Assembly (NCBI GenBank): GCA_002104905.1
Contig: MCFE01000781.1
Location: forward strand, 1-36,623
Direction of reading: 5' to 3'
DNA: 36,623 nt
From: Basidiobolus meristosporus CBS 931.73
Lineage: Eukaryota > Fungi > Basidiobolomycota
Position numbers and translations under genes: made by a program. The notes under the pieces were generated by a model. That model did not search any database. It was not told the origin of the DNA and saw nothing but the letters and a program-made list of their open reading frames with translations. Of the stretch, positions 12,289-24,368 are shown in pieces (position 1 is the first letter of the stretch; every line of letters starts with the position of its first letter).

Positions 12289-12552
12289 CTGGCCAGCTGA
12301 TACTTCTATATTGGCACCTGGCTGTCTTTGTAACCTTGCACAATCTGAGTCATGTGGGGTTATGATGCCTTTAGGCTCACCTCAGCCTTCTGAATATGGC
12401 ATGCAGAGTGATGGCTCTGATGAAAAAGGTGCACTGATGGATTGTCAGCCCATCTCTCCTATCAATAGTACCATGCATGAGCCTGGTCAAATCCTAATAT
12501 GCAATGAGACAGCACCAGTTGAAATAAGTGCCAAGACACTCTATGGAGCCAA

Positions 12553-13148
12553 GTGAGCCCAGTAATCCATCTACTGGTGAATGATGTAATGTTGTGGCTA
12601 GAGAAGTGGCACGTTTCCACTAATATCAGTAATGGGGGCTCTAGGGATTTACTACTACTTCTTGCAAAAGCATTCCAGGATGCAACTTGCTATGTTCATG
12701 GTACATGTAGACAACCATCATGCAGCTATCAACATATAACCCAGAGACTGTCCTCATTCAATCATGTGTTAACAGTTGCATGGCATTCACCTCCATGAAT
12801 GCCAACATTGCAAGGTGTCTAAATTGTCAAGAATCAGCTACCATTGAGGGAAAACATTGCTCACACTCTGGATATATTCTGGTAATACCTTGTTGAGAGA
12901 AGCTCATGCTGTCTGACAAATATTGCAAAGCTATAAAGTACCACACTCAGTATTGATCAAGCGCAAGCATATCTGATATATCTGATGGCAAACATTATCA
13001 GTAGATAAGAAGTAAGGGCTAGTTTGAAGGTATATATAACCATGCCTTTGCTTTAGCACTGGATGGATTCTCATAAGACAAGTACTCTACCAGCAAATCC
13101 TGCTGGCCACTGATTCTCATCAACCTGAATCTGATGCCCATCTTACAG
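12553..13148 (+). pseudogene. Degenerate CACTA/EnSpm (Transposase_21-like) transposase fragment
   Basis: Manual + strand translation gives LIQSCVNSCMAF...RCLNC...YILVIP, then SDISDGKHY...ALDGF...SCWPLILINLNL. This follows the C-x-N-x-C / C-x2-C / D-x-x-DG / L-x-x-DG / WP...N-L pattern of EnSpm transposases. Several stops. Confidence 0.75.
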
Positions 13149-13362
13149 TGTGGTGGTGTATAGATCCAAGGGAGAGATACATCCAACACTTCACAAGTGT
13201 TTTTTGTGTGGGGTGTTCACTGCGTGCAATAACCTCTGGCAAAAGCTTGCTATGAATACTTGGGTTCTGTCTCTAACTTAATCTGATGGGGAACAAAGAC
13301 ATAAGCTTGTCAAGGGAAAACTATTGAGCTGCAATCCCCAACTTGGTTGGTGTTTTGACAAA
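13149..13362 (-). repeat. Truncated family C LTR fragment
   Basis: Aligns with 173-~390 (TGTGGTGGTGTAT...AATAACCTCTGGCAAAAGCTTGCTA...GTCAAGGGAAAACTATTGA). It begins where the transposase frame stops. Confidence 0.85.
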
Positions 13363-14729
13363 TGCCATGCAATTATTGCTACAGCACCAATTAAACCCTG
13401 TCAAGTTATTTTACTTTTTTTGGCAGTAAAATTAGCCAGATGCTGTTGTGATCTTGTCATAAAGTTGTTAAGAGTGTCATAAATTTCAAGCTGCTTATAT
13501 TATGAACATCTCCAAACAGGATCCTGATGGCTGATTTGGATTGGATCCACCTGTGGGACCAAATTATTTTTCATAGGAATAAGGGACACTGGAATCCAGC
13601 TAGGAGAAGGAATATACTTGCTCAGCACCACAAAGTATTTGTTGGATATTCAACAGGTGTTCATGGCAAAAGTGGCAGCAACCATGCATATGTCTGCAAG
13701 ATGCATATGCTAACCGCAAAACAAGGTATATGGCAGCTTTGCAAGTATCACACTAAAATGCTGTAAAGTCAAAGTGATTAAAGTTTGTGAGTTACTGCCA
13801 GTGTGCATGTATATAGAGGTTAGCAAGCAGGAGGTGATAGCATTTTGATTTGATCTCTATATGGGATACCCATGGTAGTAGTGGGTAAGCAAATAAACAG
13901 TGGTGATTCTACAGTGGAATACATGAATGGCACAAGGGGAGGTAGTAAAAGGAAATATCCTTTTTCAAGTTGGTATTTAGCACTATACTGTACTAGCTCA
14001 TTGGCATATACATACTTTGACTGGTTTAGTCTGCTTAAATAACATAGACTAGAATATTACCATCAGAATGCCATGCAAATCCTGCAAATGGACCACTAGA
14101 ACACCATCAAGTTGATTGACCTATTTGGTAGTAAAGTTAGCAACATGCCAGCATAATCCAGTCAGGAGATTGCAAAGAGGGATCATAATAGCAACCTGCT
14201 GGTATTATGATGGCCTCATTGTGGAATCTTGATGGCTGATCCAAATTGTATCCTCCTGTGGGATCCAATTATTTTTTGTAAGGTTATTGATTCTTGCTTT
14301 TCTTGATATCTCATCTAGCAGCCTTCCTTGAGCCATATTCAAAGTCAAGTCTTCAACTCTGGACTCTAGGACTGATATGAGATGCTGAATTCCATCTTTC
14401 ATACTATTCCAGAGGGTATATTTCACATCTTTATCAGTGGTATGCATGCTCATTCCATCTCAGCAACCAAGATGGTAGCTATATGAGTCAGATTTTGCAT
14501 TTCTTCACCTGGGAGCATCCTTGCAGCATTTATTTTAATCTAAGACATGATTTCCTATTGCCAAGCTTGACTTGTAAGGGTCTGCTGATGTCTTTCAGGC
14601 ATTCTCTGCCATTTCAGCTCTTAAGTAATCATTTTCAATTTACTGTTAGCATTAAGGCAAATAAGTTTATTGGTCCATCATTCGGTCCTGCAATACTTCA
14701 AGAATTCTTCTCCTAAACCTCTATGAGGG

Positions 14730-15085
14730 CATTCTTCCCTCATAGTATATCCCAATGGCCTTTTTCTAAAGCATCATTTTAGAGGATTTACTGCTACTTC
14801 TTGCCAAAAATCCTCTAAAATGTAACTTATCTTCTACTTAGTACAAATGGACAACTGACATGCAGCTGGCAACATATAACTCCAAGACCATTGTGATAAC
14901 AGCATGTGCTAACAGATGCATGGCATTCATGTCAGAAAATGCCACCATTTCAAGGTATCCAACTAGAGAGGATTCCACTACCATAGGAGGAAAACATTGT
15001 TCATGCTCAGGATATTTCCTGTAATACCCATCTAGAGCAGCTTGTACAGTCCAACAAATATTAAGATGCTATAAAGTACTGCACT
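14730..15085 (+). pseudogene. Second, more decayed CACTA/EnSpm transposase fragment
   Basis: Colinear with ~12600-12950: MQLATYNSKTIVITACANRCMAF versus MQLSTYNPETVLIQSCVNSCMAF, with a shared ...GCTATAAAGTAC end. Confidence 0.65.
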
Positions 15086-15092
15086 TAGTATC

Positions 15093-15661
15093 TGCTGTGG
15101 GAGTCTTGGAGATATTGAATGTGATTAGGCAAACTGGTCAATTGCATACTTCTCACTTGATGATTTATTGAAAGTGAATGTAGTATGTATACTTTACATG
15201 GTTTTGGCAAAGCAGGTATGTAGAGTATGCTTGGGGAGGTCCTAAGAGAATGTGCACAAAGTCTGCAGCTGTCTGGATTGTACTGCAATTTCTGATGCTC
15301 TAGGTGCCTGATTTTGGTTGTAAAAATTTGTAATTTCACCTAAATACTCACATAACTTGGTGACTTAAATCATTACTAGATGATTTTTCAAAACCAGCCA
15401 AGTCTCTAGTTGGATTTACTTGGAATATTCTCACCAAGAACATAGACATCTAGAACATAAGGGCTCTCAAACTTGTCCAAACAGCCCTAAACTTTGCACA
15501 TGTGTTCTTGGAACCTTTCTAAACATAGTGTACATGGGTTTTGTTCCAAGACCATGTAAAAGTACTGCTACTACTTTTACATTCAATGAACAATTATGTG
15601 AAGGCCACATAATCTACTTGCTCTCCCAATCACTTCCAATATCCCCAAAACACTTACAATC
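15093..15661. repeat. Two old Ty1/copia LTR relics back to back (partial minus copy ~15093-15318, plus copy ~15316-15661)
   Basis: Both align with the 349-bp LTR at 32228-32576 (TTGTAAAAATTTGTAAT..., CCACATAATCTACTTG.TCTCCCAATCACTTCCAATATC). Boundaries are approximate. Confidence 0.75.
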
Positions 15662-18600
15662 TTTTTTGTAAAAATATGTTAGTAGATCTTAACAAGGAAT
15701 ATGGTCAGATTTTTCCAGACTTGAAGGCAATGATCAGAGTAACTGAGTTAGCTGAGTTTTCTGGTGTAATTAAACAACTAAAACACCTATTTCTTATGAG
15801 CACTCTGTGTCAGTTTTGGCATTTCTGGATGCCACATCTGTGATCCAAATTGTATCTATATTGCCTCAGGTACCAGCAATCAGAGTCCATACAAGTAGTC
15901 ATATATTTTATCCTGTCTGGCAGCAGATAGAAGTATTTTGAATAAAGAATCACCAGCGTTTGGCACAGGAGACTTGGACATACATAAAATAGCAACAAAG
16001 GCCCTTACACTAAATGTAAATACCTCCAAAGCTTCAGCAGTGATGTACTCATGGCCCTGACAAAAGAATTTAGAAAAGGCCAGCAGGGTACCATCATAAG
16101 ATCAGCTTAATTACAAGTCTCATTAAACATGCAACTCCCAATATCCCAGGTACTAGCTATTTAGTCTGAAAGTAGACATATTCTCCAGCAGGAGACTATG
16201 CCAACTAGCGTTCATACCAGATTTGGTAATCAGCTACTCATTACTTCCACCAAAAATTTGAAGAAAAGCACCAGCTGAATGCCAGCAAAATACCATCAGA
16301 ATATTGGCAGATTATCTGATGAGTTCCAAATTTGAGATTTTTCATAGGGATTATAGTCATGTAAGCAATGCGTTGCATGTGTTCCTTGGCCAGGATTGAC
16401 ACATTTGGGGATTCTGAGGACCCGAATAAATTCGGAAATTAGTGAGAAAGGCAACCCGATCCTTAATTGGGTTAACAACAGTACCTGTGCATGAAATTCT
16501 TGGGGATGATATATTGTGGCTGGCGCTTTACTCATCGCTGGTGTGAAATCCCCCAACGATGCATCATTAGGGGTGTTGAATGGGTAGCTGAGAGGCCACC
16601 ATATCATCAATGCGCTCGTTGTCGGAACGTTATATCGGCTAGTAAGGATTGTGGTATGCCACTTTACTTTGTCATCTTCCAACCCGCAGTGTGTAGACTT
16701 CGCCAAAACTGACCAGGGAAGCACAAGCAATAGCTCCTCAGCACCCGGTTCCAATGGTTGGCCGATTTCGGCTGGATTTGAGATGCCCTCAGCTCGGCTT
16801 CTCGACCGGAGATCAGCTTACGTTTGAGAATTGTTCTGCGCAGGTCGGATGGACCCGTTCACCGGCCGTTCATCCCGAGAAAGTGGAAGCTACAGCGATG
16901 ATAGAAATGCGGGGGTGCTCCACCCAGGCCTTTTCCCAAATGGGGACCTCTCAATGGATACGATTCTGATGTGTGTGGAGTACGCCACCACACACAGAGA
17001 CCCTTTCGGATAGACAGGGCCCCTTAGAGAATGCGCAACTCCAGCAAGTGGCCTGAGTTTCGGGTGATGGTAGACTTAGCCACATTTCGGGCCGACCTTT
17101 GCTGATAGGGTGGCTCCCGCAATGGTGATGATGGGATCCAACTCAGAAACGAGTACCAAGGTGGAGGAGGTTTTGGTCCCCCTTAAAGACTTTCACCCTC
17201 CTGATAGTCCTCCTGTTCGAAAAAGTGGTTCGATCACCAGCTTCATCCCGTTCATGCTGATCTACATCGTACGTGGGCGATGCAATTACACGACCTAGCT
17301 ACTTTGGGAGGAGGATACTGCGGTGACACCCATGTTCGGAGACACCATTTCATTCACCGAGTGATGAAATCCAAGCGCCATACTAAAACCCTGCATGTCG
17401 CAAATACGTGGGGGCGAGCTCTCCACTTGCGAGCCGAAAACTCGAAGTTGTTTTCCGATGTCGCGAACGCGAAAGGCTAGAGATGGAGTCAGTGGTTTAG
17501 ACAACCATCCCTCCTCCTGACCTCGCCGTCACAGATTGTTCTGGTAGTATTATTGATCTATTCCCCCGCATTTATGAGACACTAGGAACGCTAGGCACGA
17601 TAACTGATCTTCATTCGACCCCGATCCATCCTCCTTGACTGCTTGATCATGGATGAAGTGGATAGATCGAAGCTGTAGTAAAGGTGTGCCACCAAAAAGC
17701 CGGCACTCAAGGGGATCGCAGATTGACCGCCATGGAAATCCACCCCGTCTCCCTTGCAATCCAGGTGATGGCTGCATTTGGAAGCGAACTGTTGCGGATA
17801 ATTAATGCGCATATCTCTAGATATCCCAAGCCAGCTAGGTCCGGTTTCTAGTTGGTATTAACAGGCGCGTCTCATAATAATCAACCGGATGGCTGAAGGT
17901 TGCCTCATCTCCCCCCCCCACTTGACTACCAAATTCAACCAATATTTGCTTAACAGGATAGAAGGATATGGAAGCAGGTCAGGTGGCAGTCAGGCAACTA
18001 AGGTTTGAACAGACTTCCCAGAGCGAAACCGGGAAATTTTCAGATTTCGGGCTGGTGTAGGCGAAGAAGAAAGGCGCCTCCCATCGCTGTTGAACTCCCC
18101 CACTCCACTCGGCTTGATCCAGAATGGTCGCTCCACTGGTGCACCCAGTTCGGCCATCTATCTTGACAATACAATTTGGTACATGATATCAGTGTGGAAC
18201 CGGAAGCTGGCTGGAAATCACCACAAGCATACAACCAGTAACCACGCGCATACTGCTCAATTCACTACTCAGTGAATCAGGCATCATGCGGTGGGATAGA
18301 TCTAATGAATCCATCAGTGCCAACAACTTCACCACTTGTAGCATGTCATGCCATCTTGGGATGTATTGACGCTTGGCCAAGGCCCGTGATATCACCTGAA
18401 CGAGGTTCATCCACCCTCATTTGGAAATCATCGAAATCTCCAGGGAGCGACGATTTTTCCAAAGGAAAATGCCGCGATTCAGGTGATATCGGGAATTTCC
18501 ATTGGAACAGGAGGGTGTTGATTGGCGAGCGGAATGGAAATTTCTGACCCGCGCAATTTGACTCGATATGGGAGAACCTTCTGGCTTAAGGTAAATGAGC

Positions 18601-18814
18601 CAGGACGCAAAATGGTCAGGGTGATGTAATCCACCCCTTACGTCATGTCAAGCCATCGTCTTTGGGTGCCCACGGTAGCCTATACGAGGTGAATTGAAGA
18701 AGGCCACGCTGGGCCAGACCTCAAAGCAACGCACCTTCCGCCGGAGAGAAAGTATAAATTGGGTGGGTCGGATGGAGTGCCCCACAAAAGACAATCCATC
18801 CCAACGCAATCCAA

Positions 18815-19027
18815 ATGACCCTTCCTGAGAAAGTCACCTCCGAACAGAACACCCACGACCGCCATGTGTCCCGCAACGGGGCGCCGGTCGATCCGAAATC
18901 CATGAAGAAGCAAGGAGCCGGCCGAGGAAACTGGGGTACCTACGAGGAGGACATCGAAGAGGCCCTTCACGAACAGGCCCCCACCAGCCACCAGGCCCCC
19001 ACGAAAATCAACGTCGCTCCCCAGTGA
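18815..19027 (+). CDS. Small STF2/TMA10-like (HABP4/PAI-RBP1-type motif) hydrophilic protein, 70 aa
   Basis: DRHVSRNG...DPKSMKKQGAGRGNWGTYEEDIEE matches the KKxGxGxGNWG..D motif of fungal STF2/TMA10. TATAAA lies ~60 bp upstream. Confidence 0.8.
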   Translation: MTLPEKVTSEQNTHDRHVSRNGAPVDPKSMKKQGAGRGNWGTYEEDIEEALHEQAPTSHQAPTKINVAPQ

Positions 19028-19898
19028 ATCACTGTTCCTCACTGCAGTAGATCCATGCATTTCATTTTTCCACCTTCCTGTACATCCAGATCATAGCACA
19101 ACTACCAATAAATCCACTTCATGAAATCCATCCCACCACCGAAATCCCCATCGGCATTCGATCTGGAAGCCACGCACTGATAATGCTGGTGAGACTTGGC
19201 ATCTCCTCCACCGATGCAGATGCAGGAGAGCTCACAACATCTGCCTTGTGCCATTCAATTAATTTACCGCGGTCTCAGCCTTGGCTGTGAATCGAAATTG
19301 GTTAGCCTGGTTGAAGAGCAGGTTGGCTTCCGCTTTACCCAAAGTGCGTTCATGCTAGAAGCGACTAGCATGAGTCCACCCTTGCACAAAATAAATGTAG
19401 CTCACCGTGAATGGAGAAACCGACAGCATCTGGGTGTGAATGGCGCATTTGGATACTAGGCTAACGGCCTGGTGTAACCCGGGAAGCAGGATATTTCCAG
19501 TATCCCTTGTTCACCAAGGGACGCCTATAGCTTTTGGCTACCTGATAATGGATATGGGTGTGACATTACCAGAGGGAATTCTCGTCGGTCGTGAGTGGTG
19601 GTTCGCCTGGTGGGTGACACCAAGGCACTTTTCCGGTGACACGGAGTCAATGTTACACCGTCTATCTATATCGCGCATGAGACTTGAACTTTATTGCCTC
19701 CTCGGTTTGGCGGGCGAGGATGCAGAAATTTGCCAAATTGGAGATGGTGCATGGCAGAACCGGTTGGCTTGGGGGAGTGGTGGGTAGGTTTAAAAGGGCG
19801 GCCACCGTGGGGACTCCAACCAGCATCGCATTCCTTAATATCTCCTTATCTCTTGAAGGGATTTCCACTCACCCATCTCTATTCGCCTCATTTCGACA

Positions 19899-20709
19899 AT
19901 GATCGGTATCAAATTAGTTAGCACCGCCATCGCTGCTCTTACAGTCTTGGTCACTGTTTCCGACGCTCATTCCTGGGTGGATTGCATGGACTGGAGGTTC
20001 AAGAATCCATCCAAGCCAAGCTTCGATGACGACGCTGGCAGTTGCTACGGCTTCGCTCGCCGCTTCCCCGCCTCCATGAAGGGTGGCAAATACACCGGCA
20101 AGTACGGATTTGGTACCCTGGACTCCACTGGCGCTAGCCGTCACTACAAGCAAAATGAGCAGAGTCCTGGTAAGTTCGACATTCCATAGGAATCCAGATC
20201 ATAGGGTCGGAGTGATCCTGGCTGCAAGACCAACCAACTAAATTTGATCTTCGAATGCAGACACCTGGCCCGCCTGTTCCACCGGCAAACGTATCGGTGG
20301 TGATGAGGAGGTTGGTACTGACGAGACTCGTGCCAACCCTGTTTCCAAGGCCTACGGCGGAACCTGGGGCCCCATGACAGTCGCCAAGGCTGGACAACAG
20401 TTGTGTGTCCGCTGGCCCGCCAAGAACCACAAGAACGAGCCCAACAACATCGTCTACATCAACATGCCCCCCAGCCCCACTGCCAAGGATCCCACTCAAA
20501 AGCAATTGAACGGCTGGAACATCGCCAAGCTTCAATACGGCAACTGCTTCTCCGGTGGTTCTGACAAGGCTCGTTGTGGTGGCTGCTTCACCATTCCTAA
20601 GGACCGCAAACCTGGAGACTACCTCATCCAATGGAGATGGATGCTCAAGGGCGACGATGGCAAGCCAGAATGGTACACCTCCTGTTCCGACGTCCAAGTC
20701 ACCAAATAA
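19899..20709 (+). CDS. Secreted His-brace (LPMO-like) protein, paralogue 1, short form, 239 aa; exons 19899-20169 and 20261-20709
   Basis: Signal peptide ...VTVSDA|HSWVDC. Phase-1 GTAAGT...GCAG intron (20170-20260) whose removal gives a continuous frame. WPAKNH, GDYLIQWRW, EWYTSCSDV; 8 Cys in the mature protein. The gene model is solid, the function is inferred. Confidence 0.88.
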
Positions 20710-20864
20710 TTCGTGTCGGCGACAATCGCATTATTCAGATTTTGCTATCACATGACCACCCGAATGGGGATTCTATCGATGTTTAATTCATATTCATAAT
20801 AAACCATTGTTCCAGATTTCTATGTTACATGTCTACAGATGTAGTCTAATTCTATTTACGCTCA

Positions 20865-21730
20865 TTATCTGATTGTGATTCGTCGGAGGCGGTTAACTGA
20901 CCTCCGTTGTTTAGATGTGGATTTTTTGGTGGCATTGGCGGCCTTTTCGTTGGTTAAGCGAATGTCCGAGCAGGAGGTGTACCATTCAGCTGCATTATTG
21001 GAGCCATTCAACTTCCATCTCCACTGGATCAAGTAGTCCCCAGGGGCACGGTCCTCTGGAATGGTGAAGCATCCACCGCAGCGAGCCTTGTCGGAACCTC
21101 CCGAGAAGCAGTTACCATAGTCAAGCTTGGCGATGGTCCATTGGTTGAGCTGACGCTGCGTAGGGTCCTTGCTCATCGGGGTGGGTGGCATGTTGATGTA
21201 TACAATATTGTTGGGCTCGTCCTTGTGGTTCTTTGCGGGCCAGCGGACACACAGCTGCTGTCCAGGCTTGGCTACAGTCATGGGCCCCCACTTTCCTTGG
21301 CCGTAAGCGCTGTCAACAGGGCTAGCCAGTGTCTCATCCGACCCGACCTCTTCACCTTCACCACCCTTGTAAGCTTTGCCAGTGGAGCATGCAGGCCAGT
21401 CATCTATACGTTAACCAAGTTAGAAACCTAGTGCTACACGACAGATCATCTAGATATCCTACCTGAGTTCTTGATGGATTGTTTATAGTGACGGCTGGGG
21501 TTAACAGAGTCGAGGGAACCAAATGGATACTTCGCCGTCGCTTTATTGTTACTATAGTTGACTGGGAAACGGCGAGCGTAGCCAGCACAAGAGCCAGCGT
21601 TATCATCAAAACTCTGCTTGTTCCCGTTGAACTTCCAGTCCATGCAATCCACCCAAGAATGCCCTACACTCGAGTTGGTCATGGATAAAGCCAGGACCAA
21701 GGAGGTGAAAAAGAACTGCTTGTGGAACAT
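20865..21730 (-). CDS. Secreted His-brace (LPMO-like) protein, paralogue 2, 268 aa, short basic tail; exons 21730-21463 and 21403-20865
   Basis: ...NSSVG|HSWVDC. 59-nt GTAGG...TAG intron (21462-21404) at the same position and phase. Same motifs, with tail KKSTSKQRRSVNRLRRITIR. Confidence 0.88.
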
Positions 21731-22114
21731 GAAGTATAACGGATAACGGATGGGAGTTCGGATGGTATGTCGCCCTGGATGTCATCAGGTATTTATCACT
21801 TCGGGCAGGGCTATTCAGAGCTGCTCGATGCATTGTTCGAACCGGTCCAAATGCTTTGAGACGAAACACCAGCCCGGTCTCCGACCAATTATCCATTATT
21901 GCACAATGGCGGGCCCACCACCAAGTGATCGAAAATCGAGGGGCCTGACGAGAACACTATATATCCGTTTATTTACTCTAAGGAAGCACTGCTTTATCCT
22001 TTTTTTTCGGAAACCCATGGTTTTTAACAAATCGATATGAACAATGGAACGATCAACTTTGAATACAATGAATGATTTTCGCCCCGTAGAATCGATCTCC
22101 TGGCTGTACGTGGT

Positions 22115-23310
22115 TTAGATCATGCTACGTTTGGCGGTGTATTTGATATTACGGCGAAGGTTGTAGACTGGATAGCTCCCAGACAACGAGCGTCTACCAT
22201 GGTGTCTACGGCCACGCTTATGGTTGTCATCTTCGTCTCGTCTTCGTCTTCGTCTTCATCATCACCTTCGTCTTGGTCCTCATCGTCATTGTTATCACCA
22301 CCCTTGTTTTCTTCATCGTCATCGCCCTCATCATCATCATCTTCATCATCACCATTGTTGGTTGGTGCTGGCTTCTTGTAGTTCGGTGGGTTTGGTGTGG
22401 GCTTGCCTACATTGCCTTTGCCGTTCTTCGAGGTGGTGGTGACTTTGCCACCGCTCTCGGTGCTGCTTGGAGCTGGGTCTACGGTGGCGGTAGGGGCAAC
22501 TCCACCCTTACCGTTTCCGATGCGAACATCTGAGCATGAGGTGTACCACTCGGGGACATTGTCTTCGCCGTTCAACTTCCATCTCCACTGGATCAAGTAG
22601 TCCCCAGGGGCACGGTCTGGAACGGTGAAGCATCCACCACAGCGAGCCTTGTCGGACCCACCAGAGAAGCAGTTGCCATAGTCAAGCTTGGCGATGGTCC
22701 ATTGGTTGAGCTGACGCTGCGTAGGGTCCTTGCTCATCGGGGTGGGTGGCATGTTGATGTATACAACATTGTCGGGCTCGTCCTTGTGGTTCTTTGCGGG
22801 CCAGCGGACACACAGCTGCTGTCCAGGCTTGGCTACAGTCATGGGTCCCCACTTTCCTTGGCCATAAGCGCTGTCAACAGGGCTAGCCAGTGTCTCATCC
22901 GACCCGACCTCTTCACCTTCACCGCCTTTGTATGTTTTGCCAGTGGAGCAAGCAGGCCAGTCATCTAATATCAGCAGGATCAAAAAATCGATCAGTACTT
23001 GCAAAAATGGGACCTCACAGCATATCAACTGATCCTTACCTGGATTCTTTTCTGATTGCTTGTAGTGACGGTTTGGATCAGCACTATCCAAGGACCCGAA
23101 AGCATATCTAGGACTGACTTGGTCTCCGTTGTACTTGACGGGGTAGCGACGAGCATACCCAGCACAATAGCCAGCATTGTCGTCGAAGCTTTGCTTACCG
23201 CCATTGAATCTCCAGTCCATACAGTCAACCCAGGAATGGGCATCACTGAAGGAGGGCATCACCATCAAGGTGGCGGCGACGGAAGCAAGGAAAAACTTGG
23301 TTTGGACCAT
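22115..23310 (-). CDS. Secreted His-brace (LPMO-like) protein, paralogue 3, long form with acidic tail and an apparent 1-nt frameshift near 22238; exons 23310-23040 and 22964-22115
   Basis: ...PSFSDA|HSWVDC. 75-nt GTAAGG...TAG intron (23039-22965). As given, the ORF ends at 22120. Restoring one base in the GAAGAC repeat gives a tail homologous to paralogue 4, ending at TAA 22117-22115. Confidence 0.85.
22226..22357 (-). repeat. Asp/Glu-rich coding low-complexity tract (about 40 codons)
   Basis: GAT/GAC/GAA-rich repeat encoding DDEDDDDEGDDDEENKGGDNNDDEDQDEGDDEDEDEDE. Limits are approximate. Confidence 0.85.
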
Positions 23311-23371
23311 GTTCGTTCAAGGGATAATAAATGGACGGCTTCGTAAGATAGGCTAACTCGATAAGGAACGG

Positions 23372-23386
23372 GGTTGACCAGCGACC
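23372..23386 (-). promoter_or_regulatory. Candidate cis-element GGTCGCTGGTCAACC upstream of paralogue 3
   Basis: An identical 15-mer lies at 24369-24383 upstream of paralogue 4, at a similar distance from the ATG, with diverged flanks. Confidence 0.4.
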
Positions 23387-23441
23387 GCTTTGCAACTTGT
23401 CAAGTGTTGAATGATAAATTATTAAGGATGCTAGGCTAGTA

Positions 23442-23447
23442 TTTATA
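23442..23447 (-). promoter_or_regulatory. Putative TATA box of paralogue 3
   Basis: TATAAA on the minus strand ~130 bp upstream of the ATG. Confidence 0.4.
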
Positions 23448-24306
23448 TCCACTAACCAATCTCACTTTGGTAACCCCAGGCGAGAATTTAAAATCAGTCT
23501 TTGTTGTCCCGTGCCATTAGATGGTTCTCAAGATGGATCCCACCAAACCCACAAAAAAGTACGGCCTATTCCCAAAGTTGGCTATCTAGACCCACCTCTT
23601 TCAAGTCTTTGTATGACCCCACATTACACCAGTTTGTGGTGTCGCTAGAATGGGTAGTTGCATCAGTTAATTCATCTCCAGCAACCCTTGAACCTGTGGT
23701 CAATGACTTCATCTAATAACCAAGAGTTACACGAGGCAAGACCCTTTAAAGCCCAGTGGCTACACCACGTTATCAATCCAAAGAGAGTTGGAATTTTAAG
23801 GATCAGAAACCGGCGAATAATGGGGCCAGTGGAGTACCGGAAATTCCATCTTCATTTACAATAAGGAGGATTTTGGATCGGTCTTAAAATCATTAAATTT
23901 GTGCCATGGTCAGGCCAATGGCTATGAAGGCCTCGAATTCGTGTGGCACTCTAGTATGAAGTCGGTAGTCTCATGAGATTGTTGGTGGTTGGCGAATTTC
24001 ACTCATTTCATCGGATCGGTTAAGCTTAGAGTAGATATGGGATCCTTGGTGAGATGACTTTTGCTTTTTCCAGAGGTTTCAGTGGATTTGCCTGTATGCA
24101 TGGTGCATGATAACAACCCTAAATCCGATGATTTTCTCCACCACAAAAGCAAGACTTTTCATGAAGGCCGGGGTTTTCCCTGTCATTAATCTTGGACGCC
24201 CTCTACTAATTAATGCTTGCTACTGGTGTTACCTCTCGATCAAATTGCTGGTCCTGCGAGTAACGAAACCGTGAAAGACCCCGAACAGTGCGTAACACAG
24301 AAGGGG

Positions 24307-24313
24307 TATAAAA
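24307..24313 (+). promoter_or_regulatory. Putative TATA box of paralogue 4
   Basis: TATAAAA ~135 bp upstream of the ATG, mirroring paralogue 3. Confidence 0.45.
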
Positions 24314-24368
24314 CCAACGATCTTCCCACTCTGGAATGACATTCAACACAACCAACTTCAAAGGATAA

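Noticed and set aside
12289-12300. TGGCCAGC after the family B LTR as a possible PBS
   Set aside because: I cannot match it to a tRNA, no gag follows, and the downstream sequence is a transposase relic.
12750-12830. Minus-strand PCNVGIHGGECHA resembles the RNase H motif of LINEs
   Set aside because: The plus-strand frame gives a longer, multi-motif match to EnSpm transposase in both copies.
16491-16712. HQCARCRNVISASKDC resembles a MYND zinc finger
   Set aside because: The YCS core and the remaining ligands are missing, and there is no supporting gene structure.
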